Positions 31,893 to 35,549 of a DNA stretch of 35,549 nucleotides are shown here, piece by piece. The translations under genes and the position numbers were made by a program. The notes below the pieces were generated by a model, which was not told where the DNA came from, did not search any database, and worked only from the letters and a program-made list of their open reading frames with translations. Within the stretch, counting starts at the first letter, position 1, and the number at the start of each line of letters is the position of its first letter. The DNA comes from an uncultured Lentimicrobiaceae bacterium (GTDB lineage: Bacteria > Bacteroidota > Bacteroidia > Bacteroidales > WCHB1-69), in the NCBI GenBank assembly GCA_964632815.1, contig CAZWCI010000002.1, forward strand, positions 1 to 35,549, given 5' to 3'.

Positions 31893-34714
31893 GCAAAATC
31901 AATATTTTGTCTTTTACATATTGATTTATAATCACAATACTTACAATGATCAAGATTTTCAGTTTGCTGAAAATTTTCTTCCGGATTAAATATTTTACTA
32001 AATAAATCTATTAATTTAGCTTCGAACTCCCGGAGTACTTTTGCTGTAATCTCTGTTGAAGTAGTTTTATCGTCTTCTTCTATTTGTAAACATTGAATGT
32101 AATGAGAGTTATTGGAAACTAAGGATTGAAGACTCGCAATTCCACATTCGTATGTATCGCTCTTTATATGAGTACGTTCTGAACTATCTTTATGATATAA
32201 AAATACATAAGAAAGTAATTGAAAAGCTTGTTTATAGGAACTATCCTGAAATACATTTTCTAAATCATGAAAGACTTTCAATTTATCACTTTCCACTTTA
32301 CCGGTTTTAAAATCTAAGATAAAAACCTTGTTGTCGCTCAAATCCACTCTATCTACTTTTCCATGATATGTAACCTTAATTTGATTCAACATCAGCGTTA
32401 TTTCCACTTTCACTTCTGTCCCTAAAAATTCCATTGGGGAACTTTTGAATTCCTTGCTAAATTGATTTAAATAGGAAACCAGATATTTTTTTGTTACTTC
32501 AAAAGCGAGATAGAGTTTCCCTTTATTCAAATCATTTGGGATAATATTATTCTCACCAAAGGCAGATACTAGATGCTCATCAATATTTTTTTTATAAGAT
32601 GATATAATGTCGGAAGCACTTTTTTTCGCACTAATAATTTCGTTTGCAAATTTTTCAAGCACCTGATGGATTACCGTCCCCAAAATTGAAGCTTCTATTT
32701 TTTCCTTAATTTCTTCCACTGGGGTAATCTTAGCAACATATCTAAAATAAAATTGAAGTGGGCAATTGATATACTGAATTAGCCCGGAAGGAGAATATCG
32801 AATCTCATAAAGTTTTTTTAGAACAGAATCATCTTTATGAATAGAAATCTTCGCACTTGTCTCATTTTGTTTAGGATGTAAGGATATTTGTCTTTGTTCT
32901 ATTTTAATAACATCTTGCAGCTGTTGAGATTGCACTTCAAATTGAAGTTGTCTCACAAATCTGCTTGGTTCTGCAACTGATGTTTTGGAATCACAATCAT
33001 AAATCAGATGAACTATTTTCGCTCGCTGAAGAAGTCTAAAAAAGTGGTAAGCATATATGGCATCTTTTTCTTTAAAGGTCGGAATTTTAAAATATTTCTT
33101 TATTTCATACAACAATAACGAGTTTTGAGATTTCCCCATCGGGATAATTCCTTCATTTACCGAAAGCATAATTACATGATCAAAATCAAGAGCCCTTGTT
33201 TCAAGCAATCCCATCACTTGCAATCCTTTATCAAAATCGCCCCTCATTGAAATCGTTTTTCCGGCAAGCGCATCTTGGATAAAATAATCCATAATATCGA
33301 TGTTTATTTCATCTTGAAGCGGGAACTCGTGCAGTAAATCTATAACATTTTTCAATTCTTTAATAATCACATAAATAAAACACAATCCCTGAGTTGAAAT
33401 CTTTTGTTCTATTAAGAGAAAAAAATTAATCCATTCCTCAAGCAATGCTTCTCCATTCAGTTCTAAATTCGGTAAAGGAAGTGTCTCAATCTTAGGAATT
33501 TCATTATAAGTCATGAAGACTTTATTTGTTTCTATTAATGCAACAATAAATGAATTAAAAGCATCTTCATTTTCAAAAAAAGAGGTCCTTATTAATGGAT
33601 TTTGATATAAGGCCATCACATCCTTATGGTAGAAAATTCTTTCTGCATTCTTATCAGCCGCCAAAAACCGATTGCTATTTTTGACCAAATTGATTAGTGT
33701 TTCAAGCAGATGATATTCGGGCAAAGCTTTTAAAGGATATCCCATAGTCAGATTGGCTTTCGAACAATCATACGCATGGAGAAAAGGAAGTAGCAGACTT
33801 TCATCGGCAAGCACCACTGCCGTAGAATTAAGTTCTTCTGAGGACATTGAATTCAAAATCTCAGCCGCATACATTACTTGATTGACTTGTTGCAATACCC
33901 CTGAGAGATACACCTGCTTCGGAATGGTCGCATAATGGCTGTTTACTTTTTGAACAGGATTAATATGTAACTCATTTACAATGTTATCTATAAATAGAGA
34001 AATATGATTTTTTTTATCTTTTCCGTAATAAAAAAGGTCTAAATCAAAAAATATTTCCGCCGAAAAATTATCACGAAAATAGCGAATTACTTCTATTTCA
34101 GAAGGAGAAAGTGCATTAAATCCCACAAAGAAATAGCGGGAATATTCTAATTTTCCAGCATATTGACCAATATGTTCTGCAGCATCCCGATAAATCAATC
34201 CCTCATAACCGATTTTATGTTCATAGAGTAATGAAATAAATTGTTCATAAATCTCTTTCAGAATGGTATAAAACTGAATATAATTTAACTGATTTTCAGA
34301 CAATTGAGATTTAAGAAATGAGGTGTCTATCTCTTTTACTTCCGACAAATTGGTAAAGATATTTTCCGCTTTTGCCAACTGCATATCAATTTCATTAATA
34401 TCTTGTAGAAAAAGCCCCCCCCATGAGAGAAAGGAATTAAAACTCTTTCCTTGTGCATGTTCAAACTGCTGATAAATTTGATACAAAAGCAACAACAATT
34501 TATTTTTGTTTTGTTTCTTCAAAGGAGATAACAGTTCCATCAAATCGCTGATCGTATAAATCTGTGGCAAAAAAGAGGTTTTCCCGATTGCTTGAACCAA
34601 CTCTTTTTGCAAAACTCTTTTCGCACGTTGGTTCGGAAGAATAATCGCAGTCCGCTCATAATCCGTATTTTCTTGTTGAAGTAAAATTTGGGCAAATTCT
34701 GATAAAAAAGACAT
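31889..34714 (-). CDS. AddB-like PD-(D/E)XK nuclease family protein with C-terminal Fe-S cysteine cluster
   Basis: It has SPSGLIQYINCPLQFYF, then GKVDRVD...ILDFKTGK (the PD-(D/E)XK core) and a terminal CKYCDYKSIC. The long N-terminal region is an inactive-helicase-like scaffold. I prefer the start at ATG 34714 (MSFLSEF...) because a -7 box at 34742-34749 lies inside the longer ORF-track version, which starts at 34753. Confidence 0.75.
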   Translation of the reverse strand: MSFLSEFAQILLQQENTDYERTAIILPNQRAKRVLQKELVQAIGKTSFLPQIYTISDLMELLSPLKKQNKNKLLLLLYQIYQQFEHAQGKSFNSFLSWGGLFLQDINEIDMQLAKAENIFTNLSEVKEIDTSFLKSQLSENQLNYIQFYTILKEIYEQFISLLYEHKIGYEGLIYRDAAEHIGQYAGKLEYSRYFFVGFNALSPSEIEVIRYFRDNFSAEIFFDLDLFYYGKDKKNHISLFIDNIVNELHINPVQKVNSHYATIPKQVYLSGVLQQVNQVMYAAEILNSMSSEELNSTAVVLADESLLLPFLHAYDCSKANLTMGYPLKALPEYHLLETLINLVKNSNRFLAADKNAERIFYHKDVMALYQNPLIRTSFFENEDAFNSFIVALIETNKVFMTYNEIPKIETLPLPNLELNGEALLEEWINFFLLIEQKISTQGLCFIYVIIKELKNVIDLLHEFPLQDEINIDIMDYFIQDALAGKTISMRGDFDKGLQVMGLLETRALDFDHVIMLSVNEGIIPMGKSQNSLLLYEIKKYFKIPTFKEKDAIYAYHFFRLLQRAKIVHLIYDCDSKTSVAEPSRFVRQLQFEVQSQQLQDVIKIEQRQISLHPKQNETSAKISIHKDDSVLKKLYEIRYSPSGLIQYINCPLQFYFRYVAKITPVEEIKEKIEASILGTVIHQVLEKFANEIISAKKSASDIISSYKKNIDEHLVSAFGENNIIPNDLNKGKLYLAFEVTKKYLVSYLNQFSKEFKSSPMEFLGTEVKVEITLMLNQIKVTYHGKVDRVDLSDNKVFILDFKTGKVESDKLKVFHDLENVFQDSSYKQAFQLLSYVFLYHKDSSERTHIKSDTYECGIASLQSLVSNNSHYIQCLQIEEDDKTTSTEITAKVLREFEAKLIDLFSKIFNPEENFQQTENLDHCKYCDYKSICKRQNIDFA
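34415..34422 (-). repeat. G8 homopolymer (C8 on the plus strand) inside the AddB-like CDS
   Basis: The minus strand reads TCA TGG GGG GGG CTT, encoding S-W-G-G-L. It is an 8-nt G run in an otherwise AT-rich gene. Confidence 0.9.
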
Positions 34715-34741
34715 ACTTGTTATTTTACATGGATAAACATG

Positions 34742-34749
34742 CAAAGATA
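34742..34749 (-). promoter_or_regulatory. Candidate -7 box (TATCTTTG on the minus strand) for the AddB-like gene
   Basis: The plus strand reads CAAAGATA, 28 nt upstream of ATG 34714. Confidence 0.35.
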
Positions 34750-34783
34750 TCAAATTAAAAAAACAAAGAAAAAAGAAAATGAG

Positions 34784-34791
34784 TATATTTG
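34784..34791 (+). promoter_or_regulatory. Candidate -7 box (TATATTTG) for the rlmB-like gene
   Basis: The exact TAnnTTTG motif is 19 nt upstream of ATG 34810. Confidence 0.4.
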
Positions 34792-34809
34792 CCGAAATTT
34801 AACAATCAG

Positions 34810-35549
34810 ATGATTCAAGACAACTTTACGTACGGAATTCGGGCTGTTTTAGAAGCCATTGAAAGCGGCAAAGAGATAGACAAAATATTGATTCAAAAGG
34901 GCTTGGGTGGGGATTTATTTAAGGATTTTTTTATCAAAGTCCGCCATAATAAAATCCCGTTTCAATATGTTCCCGTAGAAAAACTTAATAAATACACGCG
35001 CGGAAATCATCAAGGAGTAGTAGCTTTTTTGTCTTCCATTGAATACCAAAGTATATACGACATTTTACCTGCAGTATATGAAGCCGGAAAAGTTCCTTTT
35101 CTGCTCATTCTGGACAAAATTACTGATGTACGGAATATCGGAGCCATTGCCCGTTCGGCCGAATGTGCCGGCGTTGATGCCATTATTCTTCCGTTAAAAG
35201 GCGGAGCATTGCTCAATGAAGATGCCGTAAAAACTTCTGCCGGTGCCTTACATAAAATACCGGTATGCAGACATTCTAATTTGGGAGAAGTGATTACCTT
35301 CCTTCAAGAGTCCGGAGTTGAAGTGGTAGCAGTAACCGAAAAAGCAAATAAATATCATTTTGAAAAAAACTATTCCGGGCCTCTCTGTTTTGTGATGGGT
35401 AACGAATATGAAGGTATCGCATACGATTATCTAAAAAAATGTAATGATCGGGTGCAAATTCCGATGACCGGCACAATTGAATCCTTAAATGTCTCTGTAG
35501 CGACAGGAATTGTCCTTTTTGAAACCGTTAAGCAACGTTTAAAACAATC
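34810..35549 (+). CDS. rlmB: SpoU/TrmH-family RNA 2'-O-methyltransferase, RlmB-like (3' end outside the window)
   Basis: This gene is not in the ORF track because it has no stop in the window, so I translated it by hand from ATG 34810. The translation reads MIQDNFTYGIRAVLEAIESGKEIDKILIQKG...GNHQGVVAF...LDKITDVRNIGAIARSAECAGVDAIILP...FVMGNEYEGI...IPMTGTIESLNVSVATGIVLFE, which carries the SPOUT motifs. The frame is open to nt 35549. Confidence 0.85.
   Translation, partial: MIQDNFTYGIRAVLEAIESGKEIDKILIQKGLGGDLFKDFFIKVRHNKIPFQYVPVEKLNKYTRGNHQGVVAFLSSIEYQSIYDILPAVYEAGKVPFLLILDKITDVRNIGAIARSAECAGVDAIILPLKGGALLNEDAVKTSAGALHKIPVCRHSNLGEVITFLQESGVEVVAVTEKANKYHFEKNYSGPLCFVMGNEYEGIAYDYLKKCNDRVQIPMTGTIESLNVSVATGIVLFETVKQRLKQ

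Noticed and set aside
1-35549. A search for CRISPR arrays, IS elements or transposases, integrases, additional tRNAs, rRNA, DnaA-box clusters and classical defence genes.
   Set aside because: I saw no spaced direct repeats, terminal inverted repeats, recombinase motifs, second T-arm signature (GGTTCGA-type) or TTATCCACA clusters when reading both strands by eye. A computational repeat or HMM scan could still find weak cases.

Overview
The window is a low-GC Bacteroidota-type chromosomal segment. Hand counts on sampled 60-nt lines give about 32-40% GC over most of it. Taxonomic cues are recurrent TAnnTTTG -7 promoter boxes close to start codons, a DUF5683 gene after parB, Na+-NQR subunits, KorAB and secreted proteins with signal peptides ending in AQ. 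I support 33 protein-coding genes, two of them cut by the window edges, and one tRNA-Lys(CTT). The rlmB-like gene at 34810-35549 is missing from the ORF track because it has no stop codon in the window; I translated it by hand. Most genes are housekeeping: ade, nqrC/E/F, a glutamine synthetase family gene, a murD-like gene, korAB, fabG, parAB, dut, a flippase, an ECF sigma module, a transketolase C-terminal subunit, an Fe-ADH, SulP, cdaA, an ADP-forming acyl-CoA synthetase and an AddB-like nuclease. I found no CRISPR array, rRNA, transposase, integrase or recognisable defence or toxin module.

The observations worth a second look are as follows.
(1) The left 2.6 kb is a sharp compositional mosaic. 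It runs about 57-60% GC, then about 22-30% GC, and ends at the 3' end of tRNA-Lys. The AT-rich block carries one orphan 528-aa secreted protein.
(2) The nqr locus is non-canonical. The order is a GS-like gene, an unknown 173-aa gene, nqrE, nqrF, an unknown secreted 445-aa gene and nqrC. There is no nqrA, nqrB or nqrD, and nqrC plus the 445-aa gene have clearly higher GC.
(3) Several other canonical partnerships are broken or extended. These are murD outside a dcw cluster and coupled to a lipoprotein, a PUR-like DUF3276 gene translationally coupled to parA, cdaA coupled to an HsdR_N nuclease-fold gene, a transketolase C-subunit without its partner, and an AddB-like gene without addA.

I cannot name a single novel system with confidence. 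The nqr-embedded unknowns and the tRNA-adjacent orphan are my best candidates. All family calls rest on recognising motifs in the translations by eye, not on database searches.
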